This document shows positions 47,550-57,747 of a DNA stretch of 64,000 bases, piece after piece. The notes below the pieces were generated by a model, which saw only the letters and a program-made list of their open reading frames with translations, was not told the origin of the DNA and did no database searches. Numbering within the stretch: the first letter of the stretch is position 1; the number at the start of each line of letters is the position of its first letter. The position numbers were made by a program, and so were the translations under genes. The stretch lies in contig PXOU01000007.1 in NCBI GenBank assembly GCA_003022365.1, positions 227 through 64,226 on the forward strand. Direction: 5' to 3'. Source of the DNA: Candidatus Saccharibacteria bacterium QS_5_54_17 (GTDB lineage Bacteria; Patescibacteriota; Saccharimonadia; QS-5-54-17).

Positions 47550-49943
47550 TTTGTGGCAGGCGACGGTTTCACCGCTGTCATAATTCTCAAGCATACCCGA
47601 GCCTATGGTCATGACGTCTTTCCAGCGGAAGCCGGCTTTGGTGTAAGAACGGGGAGTAACGATGTACCGGCGTACATCCGTTGTGCCGTCAGTATCGATA
47701 GCGAATACCTTGGGCGAGTCATCAGTGGTAACAGTGGTGCCGGTGCGGAGTGTCGAAAGCGAATTACCAGAAGTTAGTGCATCAATCTTGCCCTGGCTGA
47801 CTCTCCGAACGTCCCGCCGGCGTTTGTACCCGTGGCTTCCCAGAACGTTCGGGTGGGTGATATAGCGTTTCTTGCCATCTTCTGCTCGGAAGATCCTGTG
47901 TGTGTCACTGGATGTGAATACTAAACCGTCGGGAATGTCCGAACTGGCATAGACGGCAGGGCCGTCGCTGTAGCTATCCAGCCGCCGTTGGCTGACTTGG
48001 TAGGTAGGCGCATCATCGAGGTCGAATGTGTGGTATGCTTTAAGGCTGGAGATATGGCGTTTCACGTAACCGCTACTTGTTTTATCGATAATGAATATCT
48101 TGTTGCCGCTTTTTTGTTTGACGAGAGTCCCTTCACCGATTTTAATAGCATCGCCATCACTTAAATTACTTAATTCCCTCTTGGTAATATTGACTACTTT
48201 ACGGGAGCTGAGACGGTTGCTTCTGATGGCCAACGGGGATGTAAGATGGCGTTTTTTGCCGTTTTCGAGCAGGAAAATCTTACCGTTATCGGGGTTACGA
48301 ATAATTGTGCCGTTGGGCCGGGGATTGTCCGTGTACCCGAAACTGCAGAATACCTTGAGGTGGGTGCCGTAGTGGTTGTTGAAGGTGACGTTGTTTTCGC
48401 TGACCAAGCGCACGCCTTCGTAGTAGCGGCCGAAGGCGCCGCTCGGGCGTGCCCATTTGAACGTGAAGCTGCCGGTTTGCCCGGGGTCGACGCTATTTTC
48501 GTTCAGTACGGCCGGTGTTTGGCTGTCCAACCAGTCCCCGCCTTGGAAGTCGCTGCCCTCGCCCCGCGGACTGTCGGTTTTCAATAGCATTCGGTTAGTG
48601 GAATTGCTCCAGGTTTGGGTACCCGTGTTCTTGAACTCCATGGTGACTTGGGAACTCCTGTCGCCGCTGAGGTCCACCACCTTGAAATTAGTCAGCCGTG
48701 CGGCGTAGCCCCATGGATTATTACTGTTCTTGTCGGCCGTGTCCTGGCGGATGCTGTCCATTTTGTCGTAGAATAAGTCGCCGTTGCAGGTCGTATTGCC
48801 GGCGTCCCGATGGGCGGCGATGGTGGGAAGGTTGAGGCAGTTATTACCGTTTTCATCACAAAACTGGTGTGTGGTTTGGGGGTCGATTTCGAAACTGGTA
48901 GTTTTCCAGGACAGTAAGGTAGAGAGACTGTCCAGCGTGGCATCGGTGGGTGGGGTCACGTTGCCGTCGTTGAGTTCCTGACACGTCGAACTGTCACTTT
49001 GGAAACAGCCCAGTACCGCTACTCCCATGGAGCCTTTATTGTAATCACGGACGTGGCCGGCCCGTACGTGGTCGCCGCCGTAACGCCCCTCATAAATCGT
49101 TCCTTCGTGGTCGAGTAAATAATTGTAGCCGATATCGCCCCAGCCGAGTGTCTTAGCGTGATAGTCCCAAATCGCCCGGACGACTTCTTCGGGATTGGAT
49201 TGTTGATTGGAATGGACCGTGTGGTGGATGAAGATTTGCTCGGTGTCGTTGTACGTCGGGGGCCAGTAAGGACTGTCGCCCTGGAATTTGTCGCCGTTAG
49301 GGTCAGGGCTGTCCCACTCCGAACGCGTTACGATGTTCGGTCCGCCGTTGGCGGCGAATACCTTTTTGCCTAAGGCGGAGACTGCTTCGGTCGCTTTTTG
49401 AATGCCTGATTTGCGGGAATCAAGATAGGTCATTTTCATATCAGTAATCCTGGGCGATGCTTCATCCGGGGAATTCCGTTGTAAGGTAACGCGGTATTGG
49501 AAGTGGCTGCCTTCGAGGAAAATGGGTGTTTCCATGTAGGTTACCCCGGCCATGGGGTCGTTACCGCGTACGGACTTGACGGCATCTATTTCCATCCACC
49601 GCGTCCAGTCTGTGCCATCGCTTGAAACCCGGATTTCCACCGTGCGGTTTTGATTATCGGCTCGTGTTTCTTCCCACATGGGGGCAATGGCGTTGAACGG
49701 GTGGTTGGCTTCCAGTGGCTGGGAGGTTATGGTTTTTTGGGTGTCACGGCCGGAAATTTTCAGAACCGAAGGCCCGTTGTTTACGCCCAACACCTCCTGG
49801 CTGGAGCTTTGAATGCTGGTGTCTAATGGATTGGCAGTGGTCAAGTAGAAACCAGCAGACAGCAGGACAGCAACCACGGCGCCCATAATGATTTTTGATT
49901 TTTTGCTGGCGAACACGGTTTTGAGCGGAAAATGTATGTTCAT
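47547..49943 (-). CDS. secreted PGRP-like N-acetylmuramoyl-L-alanine amidase with Ig-like domain and C-terminal repeats
   Basis: 'IFIHHT', 'GWGDIGYNYL...IYEGR', 'AGH', 'AHRDAGNTTC'; 'FKNTGTQTW...V.PGQTGSF' Ig domain; 'PNGT.I..IFLLENGKKRH' repeats. Confidence 0.9.
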   Translation of the reverse strand: MNIHFPLKTVFASKKSKIIMGAVVAVLLSAGFYLTTANPLDTSIQSSSQEVLGVNNGPSVLKISGRDTQKTITSQPLEANHPFNAIAPMWEETRADNQNRTVEIRVSSDGTDWTRWMEIDAVKSVRGNDPMAGVTYMETPIFLEGSHFQYRVTLQRNSPDEASPRITDMKMTYLDSRKSGIQKATEAVSALGKKVFAANGGPNIVTRSEWDSPDPNGDKFQGDSPYWPPTYNDTEQIFIHHTVHSNQQSNPEEVVRAIWDYHAKTLGWGDIGYNYLLDHEGTIYEGRYGGDHVRAGHVRDYNKGSMGVAVLGCFQSDSSTCQELNDGNVTPPTDATLDSLSTLLSWKTTSFEIDPQTTHQFCDENGNNCLNLPTIAAHRDAGNTTCNGDLFYDKMDSIRQDTADKNSNNPWGYAARLTNFKVVDLSGDRSSQVTMEFKNTGTQTWSNSTNRMLLKTDSPRGEGSDFQGGDWLDSQTPAVLNENSVDPGQTGSFTFKWARPSGAFGRYYEGVRLVSENNVTFNNHYGTHLKVFCSFGYTDNPRPNGTIIRNPDNGKIFLLENGKKRHLTSPLAIRSNRLSSRKVVNITKRELSNLSDGDAIKIGEGTLVKQKSGNKIFIIDKTSSGYVKRHISSLKAYHTFDLDDAPTYQVSQRRLDSYSDGPAVYASSDIPDGLVFTSSDTHRIFRAEDGKKRYITHPNVLGSHGYKRRRDVRRVSQGKIDALTSGNSLSTLRTGTTVTTDDSPKVFAIDTDGTTDVRRYIVTPRSYTKAGFRWKDVMTIGSGMLENYDSGETVACHK

Positions 49944-49984
49944 ACTTTACTCATTATAACGCACATAGGACGGGTTATTCCTGC

Positions 49985-50235
49985 CTACCCTCTTTGTCAT
50001 TCCGAACCCTCTCCGTCACTCCTAACCCCATCCGTCATTCCGAATTTATTTCGGAATCCGGTCCTGAAATAGATCCTGAAATAAATTCAGGATGACAAAG
50101 AGAAAATTCATTATTACGAGGCTACCCTCTCTGTCATTCCGGCCACCGAGCCGGGATCCATTAACCCGATATGATTCTGAAACGGATCCTGAAACAAGTT
50201 CAGGATGACATCCGGAGCCGGGTCCGGGATAACAA
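49985..50235. repeat. composite palindromic intergenic element, copy 9
   Basis: Tandem GTCATTCCGAACCC-like units, GATCCTGAA-N5-TTCAGGATGACA twice, TGTCATTCCGG-N8-CCGGGATC. Confidence 0.9.
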
Positions 50236-50254
50236 AAACAAGGAAAACGACAAT

Positions 50255-52474
50255 TTAGTTAATAGGATCGCCGTCCTGGCTGGGCAAGTCATTAGTATCG
50301 ACTTGGAACGAACGGGAAGAACCCAGGCCCAACACGCGGTAAATTAACAGCGTTTTAATGTGGCGTTTTTCGATATTACCGTTACTGTCGTAGTTTACTG
50401 CGTACAATGGCGGGTCGTCATCCGTTACTAACGTGCCTTCGCGAAAATCAAGGGAATTCCCAGTGCCTAAGTTCATATCGTCCTTCGTGGCTTCTTTGAC
50501 GCCGCCACGGAATTGGTGGCTTTTGAGCACGGCGGGCGATTTCACGTATCGTCGTTGGCTATTTTCCACCAAATAAATTTGGGGTTTGCCGTCCGGACTG
50601 ATGAGTACGCCGTCGGGGTGTTGGTCGGCCGAGGAAACTGCCGGGCCGTCTTCGCCGGGGAGTACCCGCGGCTTCACTTTCATGACTTCCGAATTACTAA
50701 ATCCGAGCCCGTGGAAAACGCTGGGAGAGCCGATATGGCGTTTGCGTACCGAGCCGCTATCGTGGTCGATGATATAAATCTTGGTATCGTTGGTGGGCGT
50801 AACCAACGTTCCTTCCCGTAATGGCAATGAATTGCCGGAGTTAAGATTGGCGTCGGGAAGCGTAGTCCGTTTGATGCGTTTCCATTGGAAATTATGGCTG
50901 TTGAAAATGGCCGGGTCCGTTATGTAGCGGCGTTTCCCGTTTTCCAGCAGGAATACTCTCGGGTTGCCGACGGTGCTTATGAGTGTACCGTCGGGGTGGG
51001 TACTGTCAGCATGCTTGTTCGCTTTATGGATATTCAAGCGGCCAAACCCGTGTTTCTTAGTTCTGGTGCTGCCCATTTCAGATACTTTGTCCACGCCTTT
51101 TTGCAGATTGGTGCGGATTTGATTGAACGTGGCGTCCGGAAACATACCTTTTAGTAGCGCGGCGGTGCCGGTGACGTGCGGGGTGGAAAGGGAGGTGCCG
51201 CTGGCGTTACCAACGTATTCGCGATTGCCGTTTGCTTCGGACGGAGCGGTCAGGGCGGGGACGTCCTTGCCGGGGGCGATCAGATCCAACTGGTCACCGT
51301 AATTGGAGAATAATGCCCGTTTGTCTTCTACCGTAGAGGCACCCACCGCTAACGTGTGCCGGGAAGCAGCCGGGTAACAGACGTGGTCATCGCCGTTGTT
51401 GCCACTGGCGGCGGCGGTTATGATGCCGTTGTTCCGGGCCTCCTTCAGCGCCTCCTCGAGCTTATCGTCGATGATGTCGCAACTGCCATTGTCGTCATAT
51501 ATAGCCAGGCTGAGATTAATCGCGTCGGCGCCGTTATCCGTGGCGTATTCGACGGCTGAAACCACGCGAGCGGTAGTAGCTCTTCCATACCCGTCGAATA
51601 CCCGCAGATTCATGATTTTAGCCTTCCAATCGGTGCCGGCTACCAGGGTATTATTATTTGTTTTGGCGGCCGCGATAGACCCGACAACAGTGCCATGCCC
51701 GACATATCGAGCATCTCCGTCGTTTTTATTCAATAAACTTTTATCGTTCTCGTTGTCGCAGGAATAGGGTTGGGGACCATTATCGCCGCTACTCGTGGTG
51801 TCGGTGTCATTCGGGCAGTCGCTGCCGCTGGCGTAGCCACCGGTGAAGTCCCAGCCATATTTGTCGTCGGTATATCCGTTCAAGTCATCGTCTGTATCAT
51901 TAAGGCCGTTTACTTCGTCGCTATTCTCCCATCGTTGCGAATCAACCATATCGTTATGGTCATGATATGGGTCCTGGTTGAACAAAACGCCGCTGTCCAC
52001 GATGGCGATGATGGTATCAGTTGAGCCGGTGGTGATGTCCCACCCCTTAGGAGCGTCCGTTTTTTTCATGTTCCACTGTTCGGAATATTTGGAGTCGTTG
52101 GGAGTTTTGGTGAGCTGGTACTTGTAGTTTGGGGAGATATCCAGGCTTTCGGTTTGCATGCCCGAAAGGGAAGCACCCCCTTCGGGGCTAAGGGCCCCCT
52201 TGACCTTACCGGGCGAGCCGTTAAACGTCACAAGTGTTTCATTGTCTGGAAGCGGAAACGTGCGTTTGATTCCCAACCCGGCTTTTTCGGCGGCAGTTTT
52301 GATTTCTGCTACTTGTTTATCAGGCAACCGGATGATGCTGCTATCAGCCGGCGGTTTCGGTTCTGATTCCTGCCCTTTCACTGCGCCGGGGAGTAAAACG
52401 GTGCCCAGGATGATAAAAACCGCTCCGGCAGCAGTTGAGAGAGAAAAGAGAGAAAAGTATTTCATGAAAATCAA
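50255..52474 (-). CDS. secreted S8 subtilisin-like serine protease with C-terminal repeats
   Basis: Catalytic 'IAIVDSG', 'GHGTVV', 'SGTSLSTPHVTG'; 'HPDGTLI...VFLLENGKRRYI' repeats. Confidence 0.93.
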   Translation of the reverse strand: MIFMKYFSLFSLSTAAGAVFIILGTVLLPGAVKGQESEPKPPADSSIIRLPDKQVAEIKTAAEKAGLGIKRTFPLPDNETLVTFNGSPGKVKGALSPEGGASLSGMQTESLDISPNYKYQLTKTPNDSKYSEQWNMKKTDAPKGWDITTGSTDTIIAIVDSGVLFNQDPYHDHNDMVDSQRWENSDEVNGLNDTDDDLNGYTDDKYGWDFTGGYASGSDCPNDTDTTSSGDNGPQPYSCDNENDKSLLNKNDGDARYVGHGTVVGSIAAAKTNNNTLVAGTDWKAKIMNLRVFDGYGRATTARVVSAVEYATDNGADAINLSLAIYDDNGSCDIIDDKLEEALKEARNNGIITAAASGNNGDDHVCYPAASRHTLAVGASTVEDKRALFSNYGDQLDLIAPGKDVPALTAPSEANGNREYVGNASGTSLSTPHVTGTAALLKGMFPDATFNQIRTNLQKGVDKVSEMGSTRTKKHGFGRLNIHKANKHADSTHPDGTLISTVGNPRVFLLENGKRRYITDPAIFNSHNFQWKRIKRTTLPDANLNSGNSLPLREGTLVTPTNDTKIYIIDHDSGSVRKRHIGSPSVFHGLGFSNSEVMKVKPRVLPGEDGPAVSSADQHPDGVLISPDGKPQIYLVENSQRRYVKSPAVLKSHQFRGGVKEATKDDMNLGTGNSLDFREGTLVTDDDPPLYAVNYDSNGNIEKRHIKTLLIYRVLGLGSSRSFQVDTNDLPSQDGDPIN

Positions 52475-52866
52475 ACCCCTTCCTTCAGTTTATCAACTAA
52501 AGCATGTTTGATATACACCGCCGCGCGGTTATAAGGAGTAGTAGTTGGTATGTTTTTGATGGATTGCATGTTTTTGCTTTCTTCGCCTCCATATAGGCAA
52601 ACTTAGTAATCAATAATAACATCTAAAAACCCTTGTGTCAAAACTTCAAATACTTCAATACGACACCGAGCTTGGGCACAAACAGCAAGACAAACAGCAA
52701 TGACAGTCCTTGTTACCTCCTGGCTACCCCACGTATTTATTAGTATTGTTTGAAACATTCAAACGGCATTGATACACGTGGTAATATTAAGGACCTGGGG
52801 TATGTCCTCGAAGCTCTTTACCAGCTTCATACAAATAAACTACCCCCCTCTCTTATCAAGGAGTTG

Positions 52867-53247
52867 ATGATGACGCTCCCAGGCAATCCGGAAAATCAAC
52901 CCAAAGCAGAGACGCGAGAGCAGCTTGTGCGATATTGGGAGAATTCTTTGGATAAACTACAAGAAGAAGATGATGCTGTTGTGGCAGGCTATATTCTCGG
53001 CGATATTGTCGATACTGAGTTTTGGGAAGATGAATGGATGCAAAGCGAAGAGGCTGACCCGGAGATCATCGAAGTACACGACTTAGTAGCGGCTCTCGAA
53101 ATTCCCGGTGGTGAAACTATTTTTTCTTTCGAAGATGACGGCCCCATTAGCCGTGAGCAAGCATGGGACCGGGTTAAAGAAGGAATTGAGTCATTAAAAA
53201 AGAAGTATCTTCCGGCTGAAGAACAAAGCGGATCTCAAAACGGGTGA
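52867..53247 (+). CDS. small acidic hypothetical protein
   Basis: RBS AAGGAG just before 52864/52867 (the track starts at 52750); very E/D-rich; no family recognised. Confidence 0.5.
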   Translation: MMTLPGNPENQPKAETREQLVRYWENSLDKLQEEDDAVVAGYILGDIVDTEFWEDEWMQSEEADPEIIEVHDLVAALEIPGGETIFSFEDDGPISREQAWDRVKEGIESLKKKYLPAEEQSGSQNG

Positions 53248-53294
53248 TTGGAAACAGAACAGGAGAGAAAACCGACTTTGGCGTTTTCCTTTTT

Positions 53295-53560
53295 TCTGTC
53301 ATCCCGGACCCCGCCCGCACTGAGCCTGTCCGCATTGGGCGGACAAGGTCGAAGTGATCCGGGACCGGTTTCAGGATCGGTTTCAGAACTGGATTCCGAA
53401 CCAAGCCTGCCTACCGGCAAGGCAGGTTCGGAATGACAAAAAGGTTTTGCATTTTTCCACTTGCTTCTTACTTCTTACTGATTGCTTCTTATTCCTGTCA
53501 TTCCTGAAACAAGTTCAGGACAGGCTATGACCCCGATCCGGGATCCGTTTCAGGATCTAC
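53295..53560. repeat. composite palindromic intergenic element, copy 10 (doubly nested)
   Basis: TGTCATCCCGG module with two levels of insertion, a CCTGCC...GGCAGG insert and a heptamer tract. Confidence 0.9.
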
Positions 53561-53627
53561 TCTCGCTACATCTTATCTATTCCAAATTAAAGTATACTTA
53601 AGCGTATTAACTTTTCAGAGAAGAAAG

Positions 53628-54344
53628 TTAATTGGCGCCGAACCACTTCTGCATGTAAGTGACGAAGTTGTAGTTTCCATAAAAGTATCGGTCATTGTAG
53701 GGACGCCAGGCGCTGTCGACCCGATGCGGGGTGTAGTTATACAGCGCGGCAGTGGCGCAGTTTTGTATATGGGTCGGTCTTCCGTCGATGGTGATTACGT
53801 TCCCTTTACTCCGTTGCGGATTCACCCGCCATTGCCAGGCGGATAGGTAGTCACCGCACGCTCGGTCGTAACCCGCCCGGAGAAGCTGGGTGCCCAGCTT
53901 CACTTGGTTGGCGAATCCATAGTATTCCGCTTCACAATCCGCGCCGTCGGGGCAGCCGTACCCCATGGCGGTCCGGTACTGCCATGGCTCCGGCGATGTT
54001 TCGGTGACCAACGAGTTCTCTTTCTGGAGCGTGACGAGTATGACCTTGGGGTTTATAGCGTGTTGCCGGGATAGGCGACGGATGATCTCGGCGGCGGATT
54101 CGCCCGTAGCCGGGTCTTGGTAATTCTTTAAGCATAAGTCATCGTCTTTGTCGCATTCGGTGCCTTTTTTATCCAGGAACTGCTGGATCTCCTGGGTCCG
54201 CATACCAAATCCGCCGGTAAAGACCCGGTCGCTAATTAGACGCTGGGTATATTTCCCGTCAATAGCCGGTAATTCCTGGGTGGCTCCGGGAGTAGGAAAT
54301 AAGACGACCCCCGCCCATAACAGTAATATCCACCTCCAACCCAT
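53628..54344 (-). CDS. secreted stand-alone 'QKE/GCPD' domain protein
   Basis: Paralog of the N-terminus of 32299-35304: 'INPKVILVTLQKENSL...GYGCPDG...ATAALYNYTP...YGNYNF'. Confidence 0.75.
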   Translation of the reverse strand: MGWRWILLLWAGVVLFPTPGATQELPAIDGKYTQRLISDRVFTGGFGMRTQEIQQFLDKKGTECDKDDDLCLKNYQDPATGESAAEIIRRLSRQHAINPKVILVTLQKENSLVTETSPEPWQYRTAMGYGCPDGADCEAEYYGFANQVKLGTQLLRAGYDRACGDYLSAWQWRVNPQRSKGNVITIDGRPTHIQNCATAALYNYTPHRVDSAWRPYNDRYFYGNYNFVTYMQKWFGAN

Positions 54345-54414
54345 ACTTCCTCCATTATACCTTTATACGAAGTGAAGCGCGAAATAACCGATAATTCTGA
54401 ACGGAATCTGATCT

Positions 54415-54672
54415 GAAAAGATCCTGAAACAAGCCTGCCTGCCGGCAGGCAGGTTCAGGATGACAGGTTCAGGTGCGAAACTCACAAAAACATTATTGCA
54501 AGGACCGTCCTTGCAATACATAAATTGCCGCATAAGCTTTTGTTTAGCCAATCTTGCAAGGACGGTCCTTGCAATTGCGTGTCACGTCTTCCACTTACTT
54601 CTTACTGCTTACTGCTTGCTTCTTGTTCTTTGTTCCCTCTTTGTCATTCCGGCCGCCGAGCCGGAATCCAAG
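54415..54672. repeat. composite palindromic intergenic element, copy 11, with an internal TTGCAAGGACNGTCCTTGCAA doublet
   Basis: GATCCTGAA module with nested insert at 54434-54453; palindromes at 54494-54518 and 54554-54574; heptamers; TGTCATTCCGG module. Confidence 0.9.
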
Positions 54673-54699
54673 CAATCCAATTGGAATCTAAAAAAGTTT

Positions 54700-55566
54700 T
54701 TACTCCTGCTCTAAAATCTGCATCAAATACTGCCCGTAGCCGCTTTTAATCAGCGGCCGGGCCAGCTCTTCCAGTTGCGCGGGAGTGATATACCCTTCAC
54801 GATAGGCGACTTCTTCGGGGCAGCCGATTTTGAACCCCTGGCGCGACTCGATGACGTGGATGAAGTTAGCCGCGTCCATCAACGACTGGAAGGTGCCGGT
54901 ATCCAGCCAGGCGGTGCCACGGTCCAGCATGCCGACAGCCAGTTGGTTCTGATGCAAATATTCCGTCATCACGTCAGTAATCTCGTATTCACCCCGGGCG
55001 CTGGGCTCGATGCGCTTGGCAACATCTACCACGTCATTATCAAAGAAATACAAACCCGGAACCGCGTAGGATGACTTCGGTTCTTCCGGCTTTTCCTCGA
55101 TTGACACGGCTTTACCGGATCGGTCAAACTCGACGACGCCGTACCGCTGCGGGTCCGCTACGTGGTAGGCGAAGACCACGCCGCCGTCGGGATCGGTATA
55201 ATTTTTGAGCTTGTCGCCCAGTTCCGAGCCGTAAAATATATTGTCGCCGAGCACCAGTGCCGCGCTGTCATTGTCGATAAAATCTTCTGCCAATACGAAC
55301 GCGTGGGCCAAACCTTCCGGCTTTTCCTGCACAATGTAAGTGAATTGGCATCCCCACCCGGAACCGTCACCGAGTAACCGCTGGAACTGTTCCTGATCAT
55401 GCGGCGTCGTGATGATAGCGATCTCACGGATACCCGCCAACATCAGCGTGCTCAGCGGATAATAAATCATCGGCTTGTCATACACCGGCATGATCTGCTT
55501 GGATATGCCTTTGGTAATCGGATAAAGTCGAGTACCCGACCCGCCTGCTAAGATAATCCCTTTCAT
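54700..55566 (-). CDS. rfbA: glucose-1-phosphate thymidylyltransferase
   Basis: '[18 protein letters not shown]...[17 protein letters not shown]', '[11 protein letters not shown]', 'WLDTGT'. Confidence 0.97.
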   Translation of the reverse strand: MKGIILAGGSGTRLYPITKGISKQIMPVYDKPMIYYPLSTLMLAGIREIAIITTPHDQEQFQRLLGDGSGWGCQFTYIVQEKPEGLAHAFVLAEDFIDNDSAALVLGDNIFYGSELGDKLKNYTDPDGGVVFAYHVADPQRYGVVEFDRSGKAVSIEEKPEEPKSSYAVPGLYFFDNDVVDVAKRIEPSARGEYEITDVMTEYLHQNQLAVGMLDRGTAWLDTGTFQSLMDAANFIHVIESRQGFKIGCPEEVAYREGYITPAQLEELARPLIKSGYGQYLMQILEQE

Positions 55567-55626
55567 ACACAAACAGGGTATAGGATTCAATTACTAGGAT
55601 CTAGTGCGCAAGGACCATCCTTGTTA

Positions 55627-56628
<1,002 letters not shown>

Positions 56629-56799
56629 TCAGCATATAGCAGCCCGCACCCGAGCGTCCAGTTAATAAACGCTGCCATATGTCCCGTCACGGGCTCATGG
56701 TTAGTTACGGTTACTATGCTTCCCTCGCCTCGAGCAAAAGGAAGAATGCTGGTAAAAACATGTATATTGCTGCACAATTACAATAAAGGGTGTTTATAG

Positions 56800-57747
56800 A
56801 TGGACCAGACTGATAAACCCGCACCGGAATCAACGGTGAAAAACCCGTTTTGGCGGCGAAAGACATTTTGGTTGATCGCCATTGTCACGCTGGTTTTAAT
56901 CGGTTTGGCGGGTCTTCAAACCCATAACTTACTAACTAAAAGTTCGCGTAAGCAACGGGTTTTACAGCAGTATGAACAGCGGCGGGAGGAGCTTCGCCGG
57001 CAACAAAGACAAGCTGCCACCGAAAGAGCCCGACAGCACAGGGAAGCTCACGAGCAATTTCAAAACGTGTCGAGCCAGAATTTTCAAAAACCTTCCTGCG
57101 AGCAACTAGAAAACCGCAAAGCCATTATCATCCAAAACAGTGCCTGCGATTATCGGGTAAGGGCGGTCGGTACGAGTAAAATGGCGGTTGTATTGTTCTA
57201 TCACAACTCTCCTGAGACAGGGCAGTTTACGCAGAAAAACCCGGACAATGTCAAAAGCATGCACTACCTCAATACCTACTTGAGCGAGCAAGCGGAACGC
57301 TACGGGATTGATGATGTGAGGGTGGAATTGACCACCTACGGGCCGTATGAGCTATCACAATCGACGAGATTGGATAAAAATTCCCATGGCGAAGTGTTTG
57401 AAGTCTACAAAGAAACCTCTAAGGGAAACAACGTTCCCGAAGATAAGTACGACATGGTCCATTATGTTGAGCTTGATACTGGAGACCGAAAAGGAGTAGC
57501 CTCGCCAAGCTCGCACCGCGCATTTACGAAAAGCAAATCGGTAGGAGTTTTCGTCCATGAAACACTGCATCTTTTCGGGGCGGAAGATAAATATCATAAT
57601 GACGATTGCACCACGATAGGTACTAACGATCCATTCCAGCGGCGCGACGATCCGGAACGCGGCCTCGATATCATGTGCAACAGTTACCATATACAGTATA
57701 GTGTAATTAATGATATAACCGCGAGGGAAATAGGATGGCCCAACTAG
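56800..57747 (+). CDS. membrane-anchored zinc metalloprotease (metzincin-like)
   Basis: TM, coiled-coil stalk, 'VHETLHLFGAEDKY' (HExxHxxGxxD) and a 'DIMC' Met-turn. Confidence 0.7.
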   Translation: MDQTDKPAPESTVKNPFWRRKTFWLIAIVTLVLIGLAGLQTHNLLTKSSRKQRVLQQYEQRREELRRQQRQAATERARQHREAHEQFQNVSSQNFQKPSCEQLENRKAIIIQNSACDYRVRAVGTSKMAVVLFYHNSPETGQFTQKNPDNVKSMHYLNTYLSEQAERYGIDDVRVELTTYGPYELSQSTRLDKNSHGEVFEVYKETSKGNNVPEDKYDMVHYVELDTGDRKGVASPSSHRAFTKSKSVGVFVHETLHLFGAEDKYHNDDCTTIGTNDPFQRRDDPERGLDIMCNSYHIQYSVINDITAREIGWPN

